From positions 2,866 through 66,865 of IMG/VR virus record IMGVR_UViG_3300031787_000096: a stretch of DNA of 64,000 nt, one strand, 5' to 3'. The stretch comes from a virus. Under the pieces are notes generated by a model. The model ran no database searches. It worked only from the letters and a program-made list of their open reading frames with translations, and was not told the DNA's origin. Every line of letters starts with the position of its first letter. Position 1 is the first letter of the stretch. Position numbers and translations under genes: made by a program. Of this stretch, positions 39,696-49,369 are shown piece after piece.

Positions 39696-40616
39696 ATGGC
39701 AGATCTCACCGCTGTTGCTGGTGCTGGCCTGGCCGCGGGCGCTGCCGCCGCTGCCAAGGTCCGCAAGGGTCTCGATCGCACCACCCAAGCCCTGGCTGTG
39801 GCTGCCGGCACGGTGGCGGCATCGCTCAGCGAGCTCAACAACTTCGGGGTTGATCCCCAGCTCATCAGCCGCATCACATCTGCAGCCTCCAACCACGGCG
39901 TGGCAGCGGCAGATCTGCTGGCCAAGCTGCCCGGTGAGCTGGAGCACTACGGCACCGCAGCGGTTGATGCCTTCCTCAAGGGAGGCGATGCCCTTGGCAA
40001 GCACTGGTCCCACATCGAGAGCCGTTTCAACTCCCCCCACCTGGCCGCTGATGCAGCCAATGGGATTTGGGAGGACGGCTCGCTCAACATCAGCCGCGGC
40101 TCCAGCGACATGGGCTGGTTAGAGCGTCTCCGGGCCAGCACGGACAACCACCTCGATGGACTGCTAGCCGCAGCCCAAACCCCGGAGTTCTGGCAACGCA
40201 CCCTGGGCAATGCAGTGGAGGCCAGTGCCTATTCAGCCGCGATCACAGCCGTGGATCAGCTGCTGGTGCACCGCGATGCCTTGCTCAACGGCACCCCGGA
40301 AGATCGAAAAGAGCGGCTGCTGCAGATCCTGCAGACTAGTGGCCTGATGGCCGCCGGAGCCCTGCCGGTGTCGGTGTTTTTGGCCTTGGCCCTGATGCTC
40401 GTGCCGGGCCTGGCGGTGGTGATGGGCCCGCTTGGGGTGATCGGCAGTGCCGGCCTGGGGTTGAGGCTGATCACCTCAGCCGTGCGTCACCCCAGCCAGC
40501 AGGAGCGGCAGGCGGTCCAGCAGTTGCAAGGCCTGTTGCAGGAGCTGATCTATGCCCTGCAGCGCGACAGCGACGGCAATCTGACCATCACTGTGAAGGC
40601 CCAGCCGGCGAGCTGA
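39696..40616 (+). CDS. membrane protein with HNH-like motif
   Basis: HWSHIES..SPHLA.DAANGIWED..LNISRG plus two C-terminal TM helices; antisense to the head operon. Confidence 0.65.
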   Translation: MADLTAVAGAGLAAGAAAAAKVRKGLDRTTQALAVAAGTVAASLSELNNFGVDPQLISRITSAASNHGVAAADLLAKLPGELEHYGTAAVDAFLKGGDALGKHWSHIESRFNSPHLAADAANGIWEDGSLNISRGSSDMGWLERLRASTDNHLDGLLAAAQTPEFWQRTLGNAVEASAYSAAITAVDQLLVHRDALLNGTPEDRKERLLQILQTSGLMAAGALPVSVFLALALMLVPGLAVVMGPLGVIGSAGLGLRLITSAVRHPSQQERQAVQQLQGLLQELIYALQRDSDGNLTITVKAQPAS

Positions 40617-42156
40617 TCGGCTGACCAGTCGAGGAAGCGGGATTGTGGCTCCCCTCTCCGGCTTTGGTCGCCGGGCTGTCATCCAACGTCGGGCTGCTGA
40701 TGGCGTTGGCCGTGGCCAGCGCTAGCTGGTGGCGCAGCTCCTCCCGGCTGATCACTTCCTTGTCGAACAGCTCAATCCATTCCTTCACCTGGGGCTGTGG
40801 CTGGATCGGTGGGGTGAGCGGGCTGACAGTCACCTGCAGGCCCGCTCCTGGATCTAGGGGTTCGCCGGTCAGGGCCGTCCAGTGCTGGAGCAGGGTCGAG
40901 AACAGCGACGCCTTCTGGATCGCCATCGCCTGCAGCAGCGCGTAGCTCTGGCTGGCGGTGAGGCTGATCTCCATCTCAGTGCGGGCCGCGCCCCGGTTCT
41001 GCGACGGGATCAGGGCATCACGACGCATGGTGTCGTCGAGGATCTGCAGCCAGGCACGGTGCTCCGCCAGGGACCGTGCCCGGATCTCCACGAACTCGAA
41101 GGACGCATCCGCGGGCAGGTCCATGCAGGTGTTGGGGCCCAGCACCACAGGCCCCGCCTGGCTATTGCCCATGGCATCGACCATGCCCTTGCGCACGCCC
41201 ACCGGCAGGGCCGTGCGGCTCAGGAGTTCCTCGTACTCGCTCTTGCAGCGGAAGTGGTTGAGGTACTGGTGCGCCAGGCCCAGGTGCGGCAGGTCCCCCT
41301 CCCCGAAGGCGGAGCCATCGGAGGTGTACCAGCAGGCCGGCAGCCGGCTGATGCCCTCAAACGTGGTGACCACTGGCTCCTCGCATCGCCAGCCGCTGGT
41401 GGCCTGGGGGTCGGCGCAGACAGGGTGATGGGCCAGCTGCAGCCCCGTGACAGCGTCAGCAGTGAGCAGCTGCAGGCTGCGGAAGTGCCAGCGGTCGGGG
41501 GCGTCCGCATCGCTCAGCAGGGCGTTGATCTGCTCGGTCACCGCTCCTTCGCTGCCGGGGAGCTCTGCGCTGATCGGCCGGTTCACCGGCTCCCGCCAGA
41601 TGATCCGGCCCGGCAGGCCGTAGGAGACGGGCAGCTCCCAGTTCAGGCAGTTGGCCCGGGGAACCAACTGCAGGCGAGGCAGCGACAGCCGATCACCGCG
41701 GCGCAGGGCCTCCTGCCGGTCACCCTCGCTGGGCCAGCTGTGCTCGGGGGGAAGCACCAGCACCAGAGCGGCGCCATCGCGGAGCACCAGCAAGTCAGCA
41801 GCGGCGAAGAAGACACCAAGGTCCGTGCCCCGCCCGTCCACGTCGGTGAGCACCGAGCTCAGGCTGGCCGGGAGGCTGATCCAGCTGCCCCTGCTAAGCA
41901 TCCCGGCATACGTGCGCAGGGCGTCCCGGAAGAAGCCCGAAGGGCGGGCGGCATCAAGTCGCTTGCGGTAGGCGGTCTCAGGCTCTCGTTCCCCCTTGGG
42001 CAGGTAGTGCTCCTTGCGGCTGCTGCCGTCGGGGGCAGAGAGCAAGGCCCAGCAGTCAGCAGTGATCTGCAGGGAGGGCTGCAGGGTGGTCAGGGTTGGG
42101 TGGTTGCCCCAAGGAGCGTCGGAGACAGCATTTTGCGGCTTGGCAGCTGCGAGCAC
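40588..42156 (-). CDS. portal protein (DUF4055-like)
   Basis: YLPKGEREPETAYRKRL, DVDGRGTDL, LPHLGLAHQYLNHFR..SEY, ISREEL. Confidence 0.85.
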   Translation of the reverse strand: MLAAAKPQNAVSDAPWGNHPTLTTLQPSLQITADCWALLSAPDGSSRKEHYLPKGEREPETAYRKRLDAARPSGFFRDALRTYAGMLSRGSWISLPASLSSVLTDVDGRGTDLGVFFAAADLLVLRDGAALVLVLPPEHSWPSEGDRQEALRRGDRLSLPRLQLVPRANCLNWELPVSYGLPGRIIWREPVNRPISAELPGSEGAVTEQINALLSDADAPDRWHFRSLQLLTADAVTGLQLAHHPVCADPQATSGWRCEEPVVTTFEGISRLPACWYTSDGSAFGEGDLPHLGLAHQYLNHFRCKSEYEELLSRTALPVGVRKGMVDAMGNSQAGPVVLGPNTCMDLPADASFEFVEIRARSLAEHRAWLQILDDTMRRDALIPSQNRGAARTEMEISLTASQSYALLQAMAIQKASLFSTLLQHWTALTGEPLDPGAGLQVTVSPLTPPIQPQPQVKEWIELFDKEVISREELRHQLALATANAISSPTLDDSPATKAGEGSHNPASSTGQPISSPAGPSQ

Positions 42157-42177
42157 GGGTGCAGGAGGGAGCTGCTT

Positions 42178-42187
42178 GCTCTTGCCA
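42178..42187 (-). promoter_or_regulatory. putative late promoter motif TGGCAAGAGC
   Basis: Upstream of the portal start at 42156. Confidence 0.55.
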
Positions 42188-42529
42188 TCGGCGATCTATA
42201 GACCTGCTAAGTCTGTGTAGGTAGCTGAACGGGTGGCCTCCGCCGCGGGAACCATTGCTAATCCTAGGGGACATTGCAGAAAGCCCATGGCTCCCCGGAA
42301 TAGCCAAACTGCACACAAAGGCCGCTCGGCGTGTTTCGCTGGACAGGATGCACGAGATCCCTTATTCGAGAGATTGCCAGGGATGAGGCAAGTTGGCGAC
42401 ACCATAAATCATTCAGCCTGAATAGGTATTGGTCCTCGAAATTACCATGCAAAAGCCGAGAAGCCGAGTCGGCTCGAGGCAACAAACGCGTCTCGCCTTG
42501 AATTACAGCTCAGATCAACGAGCAGTCCC

Positions 42530-45500
42530 ATGAACGAGGTCAACAATCACGTTGATGAAATTTTAAGGATTTGCCAAGAGGCAAATCAACGCCTGCTTAT
42601 AGCTATGCCTTGGTGGGCAGACGACGAAACGGGCAAACGAATCCGTCAAGAGGTTGAGACTGCAGCTAGGCGGGGCATCGAAGTGAGAGTTCAGATCAGA
42701 CCAGATCACTCCAATCGGCGCACAATCCAATCACTAAGAAGCAGTGGAGCTTATGTCACTGGTTTGCCTCAACTGCACGGGAAAGCGGTATGCAGTGAAC
42801 AAGAACATGCCCACATCACACTCAACTTCTTCAACAAGGATGCACTCAAGAACATAAATTTCGCCGAGTTCAGCAAAGACCAAGGCAAGATCAATGAATT
42901 CAGTAGTCAGTTCCGAGAGAGAGAGCAGAGCGTTTCAGGGCAGCTCGATGGCCCCGAGCTTCATGCTGATGTTAAAGGCCTAATCGAAGAGGCCGACATT
43001 CGCAATGCATTGCCTTACAGCAAGCTCAACCCTCTACAAAGCCTTTGCGCACGTCACGCGCTGTATGGAGAAGATAATTTACTGGTAATCGCACCAACCG
43101 GTGCTGGCAAGACCTTAGTTGGTATTTTAGCGCTGCTCAGTGCTGCGATTAGGCAAGATGCCAAGGCAGTCTGGCTCGTACCGTCTAGAGCTTTAGCAAA
43201 GGAGATAACGAAGGCCCTTGAGAGCTTAAGGCATCCAAAACTCAACGCCTTATCACTGCTGGGAGGCGAAGACGTGCCAAACGAACTCCTCGAAAGAAAT
43301 AATTTATGGATTTGCACAACAGAAAAGTATGAATCTATTTTGAGGAGACAGAGCGCAAATAAAATCACGAATCAGATTTACACGATTGTCATCGATGAAA
43401 TACATCTCTTGGCAGACAAGGCAAGGGGTGCTCTGATCGAGTCGATCATTGCACGCATCAAGGATCAAGCCCCATACCCGCGGATCATTGGCTTGTCAGC
43501 CACGCTTGAAAACGAAGAAGAGTTCGCTGGCTGGTTCAATGCTCGTGTACTAAAAAGCACTTGGAAACCGAATAGCCTCGACAAGGAAGTCATTAGCTAT
43601 CAGGCTGATAAACGAGAAGATTTTTGGATAATAGACAAGAGACGAGAACAGACATTGATTCAAACGCTTAGATCCATCAAGGATGACGACAAAAAGAACG
43701 GAGCTACGCTTGTTTTCTGTAGGTCCAAGAATAAATGCTTTAAGCAAGCTATATCTCTACTTCGAGACCTCACCGGAGCAGAGGATCTGCTTAAAGGAGT
43801 TGACACAAAGCAGCCTCCGTCTAGCGATGTAAGCGCGCTTCTCTTTCAGAATAGAATTGGAATATACTTTAATGGCTACAGCAAAAGCAATGAGTCTCTG
43901 CGTAGGTTTAACAATGCCGAGATAGATTTCCTGTTCTCAACAACCGGCCTTGCTCAAGGCGTTAATACTAAGGCGAGAACTGTTGTTATTAGCGAGACGA
44001 CGCTCGGGTGGGATGAACCCCTGGAAATCAATACAGCCAATCAGATGCTAGGCCGTGCTGGAAGGGGAGAGGGAAACGAAGGATGGGGAATCATTATTTG
44101 CCCTGAATATGAAAGAGAAAAGTGGTGCGAGGGGATTGATAGAAGTAGCGAAGTTAGAAGTGCTATGAGCAGCAAGCTAATCGATGTCATTCTGGCAGAG
44201 ATTGCACTACAGAACATTCAGTCTAGTAACGAAGCAAAGGCGTGGTATTCAAGAACTTTTCAGGCTTTCTGCAGTCAAAAGACCAGTGAGATCGAGCTTG
44301 AGATAGATAAGTCTATCAGCTTTCTGCTGCAAGAAGGCCTTGTGATTCATGGGAAAGATGGTGGCCTTGAGGTTTCAAAGTTTGGCGCTGCGTGCATACG
44401 GTTAATGACAGATATTAATAGCTCGATTGACCTGGTAAAAGCCTTGCACTGCATCACGCCAACTCAGGACATAGAGTGGAATGAGATGCAACTTGTTCTG
44501 GCCGTTTCGCAAGCAATAAGATGCGAAGATTTTACGGCATTGAAAGAGGACAAGTCATTCTTGCAAATAGCGAGTGAGTGCATAAGCAGGTATCGCCTAG
44601 CAGAGAATGGCTCAATGCCGGACTATCTTTTGAATCTTATTGCAATCGACTTGCTACTCTACCGAAGGGATGAGATTGACAGCCTGCCTGATGAGCTTTC
44701 TGGAATTAAGACTAGATGTCTTCAGTATATCCCTGAGTCTATCCCAAGATACTTGGCTCTAGTAAATCAGATAGGCGCCCTGGCAAACAACCCATGGATC
44801 ACTATGTGTGCGCATGATGTATCTAAGCGCATCAACTGGCATGGATTGCGCCCAAGGCCTGAAAGAGGTTCTTCTCGTATCATTGGCTTTATTGAATCTC
44901 TTAGTGACCCATTGCTTCTCAGGTCAAATTTACCAGAAGCCTGGAAAGCGGCTCAGGATAAGAACATATCTAGCCCAGATAAAATTCCCAAAGGGACAGA
45001 GCGATTTTCGTTCTGCACGAACAAAGAGAGAGCTAGAGATGGAATGCACAATACTTTTTACATCAACAGGATTGCGATAGAATATATAGATACGGATGAC
45101 AGTATTAGGATTTCAAATCTACCGGAGGGAACACTAGAAACGTTTGCGCGTGTTGATTCGTCATGCGGCAGCAATCAGAAGTTTATCGATAGGGCATCAA
45201 CACTTGACATTAAACTTCCTGTAACAAATAAAGAGGCCGAAGATTACTCCATTCTGATCTACTCTGCAACACGAAATGACAGAATTCTCTTTAGTGTGAC
45301 AAAGCAAATCACTAAAGAGATTGTATCCAGCCCGGAAGATCAACTCAAAAAGATATTTGAAGTGCTTTCCACATCATTGCCCCAGGTGACGATTGCACGA
45401 AAGCAACATGGGATAAGAAAGTATCTAAGGGAAAAACTTTTCGGTCCTATGCCACATTCGGATGAATTTGCAGAAGCGATCGCAAAAAAAGATTATCTTG

Positions 45501-45958
45501 TCGAGATAGCATCCATGTTTAGATTTGCTCATGAAGCTGATGCTATGACGGCTTGGCGGATCAATGATCTGATCAATGAAGCCATAAAACTAAAGCCCTC
45601 CTTGGATTCTGCGCCATTTGATTTCCAGTCAGTTGCAAATACAATTAGAACGAGAGAAGGTTCGATTCTTGAACGAGAGCTCGTCAAGGCATCACTAGGT
45701 ATTAATTGCGGTCTAGAAATGGGGCTGGCTTACGATAGTAGTGGAGGCGCTATATATGCCCTATTTAGGCAGGATTCGGGGTGGGGTCTATTTCAAAACA
45801 TTCCATCTCACCGCACACATCATCTGAGAGCAATTTACCCCGAGTCCTTGGCTGGCAGCATACGGGCAATGACACGTCCGGAACAGACTAAGGAGGCGAC
45901 AACCCCAAGCTATGCTTGGGTTAACGCCTACTCGCTCTGCTCGGATTTACTGGCATGA
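42530..45958 (+). CDS. Ski2/Hel308-like DEAD/DEAH helicase with N-terminal PLD-like domain
   Basis: LHGKAVCSE; APTGAGKT, TTEK, IDEIH, GLSAT, LAQGVN, QMLGRAGR; visibly lower GC than flanks. Confidence 0.85.
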   Translation: MNEVNNHVDEILRICQEANQRLLIAMPWWADDETGKRIRQEVETAARRGIEVRVQIRPDHSNRRTIQSLRSSGAYVTGLPQLHGKAVCSEQEHAHITLNFFNKDALKNINFAEFSKDQGKINEFSSQFREREQSVSGQLDGPELHADVKGLIEEADIRNALPYSKLNPLQSLCARHALYGEDNLLVIAPTGAGKTLVGILALLSAAIRQDAKAVWLVPSRALAKEITKALESLRHPKLNALSLLGGEDVPNELLERNNLWICTTEKYESILRRQSANKITNQIYTIVIDEIHLLADKARGALIESIIARIKDQAPYPRIIGLSATLENEEEFAGWFNARVLKSTWKPNSLDKEVISYQADKREDFWIIDKRREQTLIQTLRSIKDDDKKNGATLVFCRSKNKCFKQAISLLRDLTGAEDLLKGVDTKQPPSSDVSALLFQNRIGIYFNGYSKSNESLRRFNNAEIDFLFSTTGLAQGVNTKARTVVISETTLGWDEPLEINTANQMLGRAGRGEGNEGWGIIICPEYEREKWCEGIDRSSEVRSAMSSKLIDVILAEIALQNIQSSNEAKAWYSRTFQAFCSQKTSEIELEIDKSISFLLQEGLVIHGKDGGLEVSKFGAACIRLMTDINSSIDLVKALHCITPTQDIEWNEMQLVLAVSQAIRCEDFTALKEDKSFLQIASECISRYRLAENGSMPDYLLNLIAIDLLLYRRDEIDSLPDELSGIKTRCLQYIPESIPRYLALVNQIGALANNPWITMCAHDVSKRINWHGLRPRPERGSSRIIGFIESLSDPLLLRSNLPEAWKAAQDKNISSPDKIPKGTERFSFCTNKERARDGMHNTFYINRIAIEYIDTDDSIRISNLPEGTLETFARVDSSCGSNQKFIDRASTLDIKLPVTNKEAEDYSILIYSATRNDRILFSVTKQITKEIVSSPEDQLKKIFEVLSTSLPQVTIARKQHGIRKYLREKLFGPMPHSDEFAEAIAKKDYLVEIASMFRFAHEADAMTAWRINDLINEAIKLKPSLDSAPFDFQSVANTIRTREGSILERELVKASLGINCGLEMGLAYDSSGGAIYALFRQDSGWGLFQNIPSHRTHHLRAIYPESLAGSIRAMTRPEQTKEATTPSYAWVNAYSLCSDLLA

Positions 45959-46081
45959 AATAATCGTGTTACTCCAAGGGGGCTTGGGTTTTACGGATAG
46001 ATGCTGCGCGTTCCTGGCTGATGGTCTATTGGCGAGGATCTCACTTGATGTTTCCATGCTCCCCATCACTGCGGAGTAGAC

Positions 46082-46726
46082 TCAGTCCTGTGCATCCCAT
46101 GCCACCACCCGCTGACTGCAGGCGGCTGTGATCTCATTCCACCTCTCAGGCTTAACACCGAGAGCAGCAGGCAAATCAGCAAAAGCCGTTCCCAGCCTGT
46201 GCATCTTCTGCCCCCGCGCACAAAGCTCCCGCCAGGAGGCCGGCACCTTGATCAGGAACCCTTTGTCGCGCAGATAGTGATACACCTCCCCATTGGCATA
46301 GGTACGGGCATAGGGCCGAAAGGTTCCCCGCTCCGGTGAATAGCGGCGGGCGGCTTGGATGATGCCCAGCATGGCGATCTGCTCCAGGTCTTCTTTCGGG
46401 TGGCCCGTGCGACGGGAGATGTTTCCTGCCACGGTGGCGGCGATGTCGCGGTGCTGCAGTGCCAGGGCATTGGCAGCGGCGTGGGGATTGACTGGCCGGT
46501 GACGACGCGGCTTGGCCGGGAAGGCGATCACCAGCTGAACGGCATCGCCCAGGTGCTGGGGTCGCGGCCTCGGTCGAGGACCGATCCGAACACGCTGAGC
46601 ACTGCTGGGCCGCGGCAGACACGTCGCCACCACGTGCGGCCGCAGCGCCAGTTCGAGCTGGCTTGCCGGTGCCGCCGCACCACGACAAGCGGGGGTTCGC
46701 AGGGGCCGGGCGATGGCGTCGGTCAT
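46082..46726 (-). CDS. SigF-like sigma factor with regions 2-3 and no region 4
   Basis: EDLEQIAMLGIIQAARRYSPERG.FRPYA...GEVYHYLRD...IKVP; ends before any region-4 HTH. Confidence 0.8.
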   Translation of the reverse strand: MTDAIARPLRTPACRGAAAPASQLELALRPHVVATCLPRPSSAQRVRIGPRPRPRPQHLGDAVQLVIAFPAKPRRHRPVNPHAAANALALQHRDIAATVAGNISRRTGHPKEDLEQIAMLGIIQAARRYSPERGTFRPYARTYANGEVYHYLRDKGFLIKVPASWRELCARGQKMHRLGTAFADLPAALGVKPERWNEITAACSQRVVAWDAQD

Positions 46727-46729
46727 TGC

Positions 46730-48430
46730 TCAGCGGCTGAACACCATCGGCACCGGCGAGCTGCCGTAACCCCGACCCCGCCAGAACTGGGCCTCGATCC
46801 AGAGCACCCCCTGGCAGAAGGCATCCACCTGGTCATCCACCCCGCCCCGGGGGGAGAAGGCCAGCAGCTCCTCGATCAGGGAGTCGGCCTTGCGGGCAAA
46901 GCGCACCTGGCCCGCCTCCACCAGCGGGGCGACGGCATGGGCGCGTGAGGCCTTGCTGCCCTTGGGCGGGATGGCGATCAGGCCCGGCAGCTGGCGCTTG
47001 AGTAGCTGGCAGACGGCTGGGCCGTTCGCCGCGTCCTCGATCAGGACTGCGTTGGGGCGCAGACCCTGCCGCTCCAGCGACGCGAGTGAGGCCAGCAGGA
47101 ACTTGATCACCCCCGGCAGATCCAGCCGCTGACGTTGGGCCCAGAGCGCTTCGATCTGAAGCTCCGCCCACGGGTCCGGGCCGCCCGCGAGGGGGTGAGT
47201 GACGTTCACACCCCTGCTCGCTCCTTGGGCTCCGGCCGCGTTGGCGGCCAAGGCCAGGCCTTGTCGCCGCGCCTCAGCTGCCGGATGCCGCTGGGGCTCC
47301 AGCAAGCCCAGCAGGGCAAAGCCGCAGGCGTCGTTCTCCTTGCCGTCCTTGAAGCTCAGGTCGCAGCTCAGCACCAGGGGCGCGTATCGGCGGGGCTGGC
47401 CTGGGGCGACCGGCAGCGGCGACTGAATCCAGTCCTTGCGGAACAGCAGACCCTCCGCTGGGCTGGGCCGCTGCTGGTAGAGGGCATTCCACCAGTAGGA
47501 CCCAAGGCGGGTGCGGATGCGCTGCAGCACTGCCAGCGGCACCCGCTCCGGGCAGAGGGGCTCCCCGGGCTGACGCCAGTCGGGGACCTTCTTGCAGGTA
47601 TGCGGAATCTGCATTGAAATCGCTTCCGGCTCGGCGATGGCCGGCAGGTTGAGCACCGTCCAGTGCTCAGGGTTCTCCTCGGCCTCCTGCTCCAGCAGCC
47701 AGGCGGTCATGTCGTGGTGGTCCCAGCGGGTCTGCACCACCACCTGGGCCGCCGGGAGCAGAGCTCCATCGGCTGTGAGGCCAGGTTCGGCGCGGGTGAA
47801 CCAGACGCTCTTGAGCCAGTCGATCAGCCGTTCGCGCTGTAGCGCCGACTTGGCGTCCTCCGGCCCCTTGTAAGGGTCATCGATGATCCCGAGGTTGTAG
47901 CCCTTGCCCGTAAACGGCCCCCTCACACCGGCTGCGATGCAGCCACCGCGCTGGGGGGTGAGCCAATTGCCCACGGCGGCGGAGTCCTTGGAGAGGGCGT
48001 GGCCGGTGAGGCGGTAGTAGTGCCGGGCCTCGCGGGAGTGGGCATAGGCAAGCTCACCGGAGTAGCTGGCGATCGCGCAGAACAGCTCCGGGTGCCGGCT
48101 CACCCAGTAAGCAGGGAACAGGCGCGAGACCAGCTGACTTTTTCCGTGGCGGGGCGGACAACAGACGATCAGCCGGGTCACCTGGCCATCAGCCACCTGC
48201 TGCAGGAGATCGATCAACAGCTCGGACAGCCGGTGGAACTGGAAGCTGGGGAAGGCCGAGCGGATGAAGTCGCGGAACAGCAATGCCTGGCCCGTTGTTG
48301 TGACCCGATCGGGGTCGGGAACGCCCAGCAGGCCCCAGTCGGCCCACAGGTCGGTGGCGGGGTCCAGCAGCAACCCGCCACCGCTGGTCGCTGTTGGTGT
48401 GGGCCTGGTCGTGGAGGCGATGCGACCCAT
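46730..48430 (-). CDS. terL: terminase large subunit
   Basis: PPRHGKS, IIDDP, QTRW, LYQQRP, SCDLSFK, IEDAANG, DDQVDA. Confidence 0.92.
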   Translation of the reverse strand: MGRIASTTRPTPTATSGGGLLLDPATDLWADWGLLGVPDPDRVTTTGQALLFRDFIRSAFPSFQFHRLSELLIDLLQQVADGQVTRLIVCCPPRHGKSQLVSRLFPAYWVSRHPELFCAIASYSGELAYAHSREARHYYRLTGHALSKDSAAVGNWLTPQRGGCIAAGVRGPFTGKGYNLGIIDDPYKGPEDAKSALQRERLIDWLKSVWFTRAEPGLTADGALLPAAQVVVQTRWDHHDMTAWLLEQEAEENPEHWTVLNLPAIAEPEAISMQIPHTCKKVPDWRQPGEPLCPERVPLAVLQRIRTRLGSYWWNALYQQRPSPAEGLLFRKDWIQSPLPVAPGQPRRYAPLVLSCDLSFKDGKENDACGFALLGLLEPQRHPAAEARRQGLALAANAAGAQGASRGVNVTHPLAGGPDPWAELQIEALWAQRQRLDLPGVIKFLLASLASLERQGLRPNAVLIEDAANGPAVCQLLKRQLPGLIAIPPKGSKASRAHAVAPLVEAGQVRFARKADSLIEELLAFSPRGGVDDQVDAFCQGVLWIEAQFWRGRGYGSSPVPMVFSR

Positions 48431-48951
48431 CAGCTTTTCGCCTCCGGCGGCTTGATGGGGGCTCGCAGCAGACCACCGATCTCAGCAATCACCCGGAAGG
48501 CGCCAACGGCGGCATTGAACTGGCCCGCATCCATCGCCCGTCGGGCGCAGTCGTTCAGCGCAAAGATTTGTTCGGCCTGATGCCTGCGCCGGTCAGAGAT
48601 CAGCTCCTGAACCATGCGCTCACGCGCAAGATTCAGGTAGCGGTTGATCGTTTGGGTGTTGTGGATTCCCCAATTTTCACGAGCATTTTCAATGATCTGC
48701 ACCAGAGGTAGGCGTTGAGCCACCCAGAGCTGTGCCTGAGCAATGCGCCGTTCCACCTCCAGCCGCGAGGGCCTGGGGGGCCGATGAACCGCCACGCCCT
48801 TGGGGCGGCGCGGTGGATTGGCATGGCCGATCGGCCGGGCCGGATCGGTGGGCTCATACAGCGGCTGGCCGTTGTCGTCCTCCGCGCTGGCCGCAGCGCG
48901 CAGCTCCTCCACCGGATCAGCGGGAGGCAGGGCGTGGGCACGCTGCGGCAT
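48430..48951 (-). CDS. terS: terminase small subunit (putative)
   Basis: Helical HTH-like protein coupled to terL; likely ATG at 48951. Confidence 0.6.
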   Translation of the reverse strand: MPQRAHALPPADPVEELRAAASAEDDNGQPLYEPTDPARPIGHANPPRRPKGVAVHRPPRPSRLEVERRIAQAQLWVAQRLPLVQIIENARENWGIHNTQTINRYLNLARERMVQELISDRRRHQAEQIFALNDCARRAMDAGQFNAAVGAFRVIAEIGGLLRAPIKPPEAKS

Positions 48952-48955
48952 CAGC

Positions 48956-49369
48956 TCAGAACGGTTGGTCCTGGGCCTTCGGGGGGCGGATTGTCCAGAA
49001 GGGTTTGCCGCGCTTTTCGGTGGCCCTGCCCTGCTGGATCGCGGCATCCTTGGCAGCCTTGAGCTGCTGCTCGATCTGTTGCACCGCCGCCGGGAACTCG
49101 TAGCTCAGCCGCCCGGAGCTGTGAGCGAAAGCCCAGTTGTCGTGGGAGAAGGAGGGATCCAGCTGGCCGGCAGCCATGGCCTCACTGAGAGCCTCCAGCA
49201 GCGGTTCGAGCTGCTGCTCCAACAGCTTCTGCTGCGCCTTGAGGGCCGTGATCGCATCGAGCAGCGCATCAATGGCGTCCGCCCCATCCGCCGCTCCGCG
49301 TGGCGCGTCTGACGGCATAGGGGCGACTTCAGCAAGGGCAGCAGGCATCACCATGAGCACGGCGTTCAA
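48956..49369 (-). CDS. phage hypothetical coiled-coil protein
   Basis: GRLSYEFPAAVQQIEQQLK...GRAT. Confidence 0.7.
   Translation of the reverse strand: MNAVLMVMPAALAEVAPMPSDAPRGAADGADAIDALLDAITALKAQQKLLEQQLEPLLEALSEAMAAGQLDPSFSHDNWAFAHSSGRLSYEFPAAVQQIEQQLKAAKDAAIQQGRATEKRGKPFWTIRPPKAQDQPF

Noticed and set aside
41161-41169. GGCAATAGC copy inside the portal gene
   Set aside because: Lies within coding sequence (MGNS) with no downstream gene start; probably coincidental.
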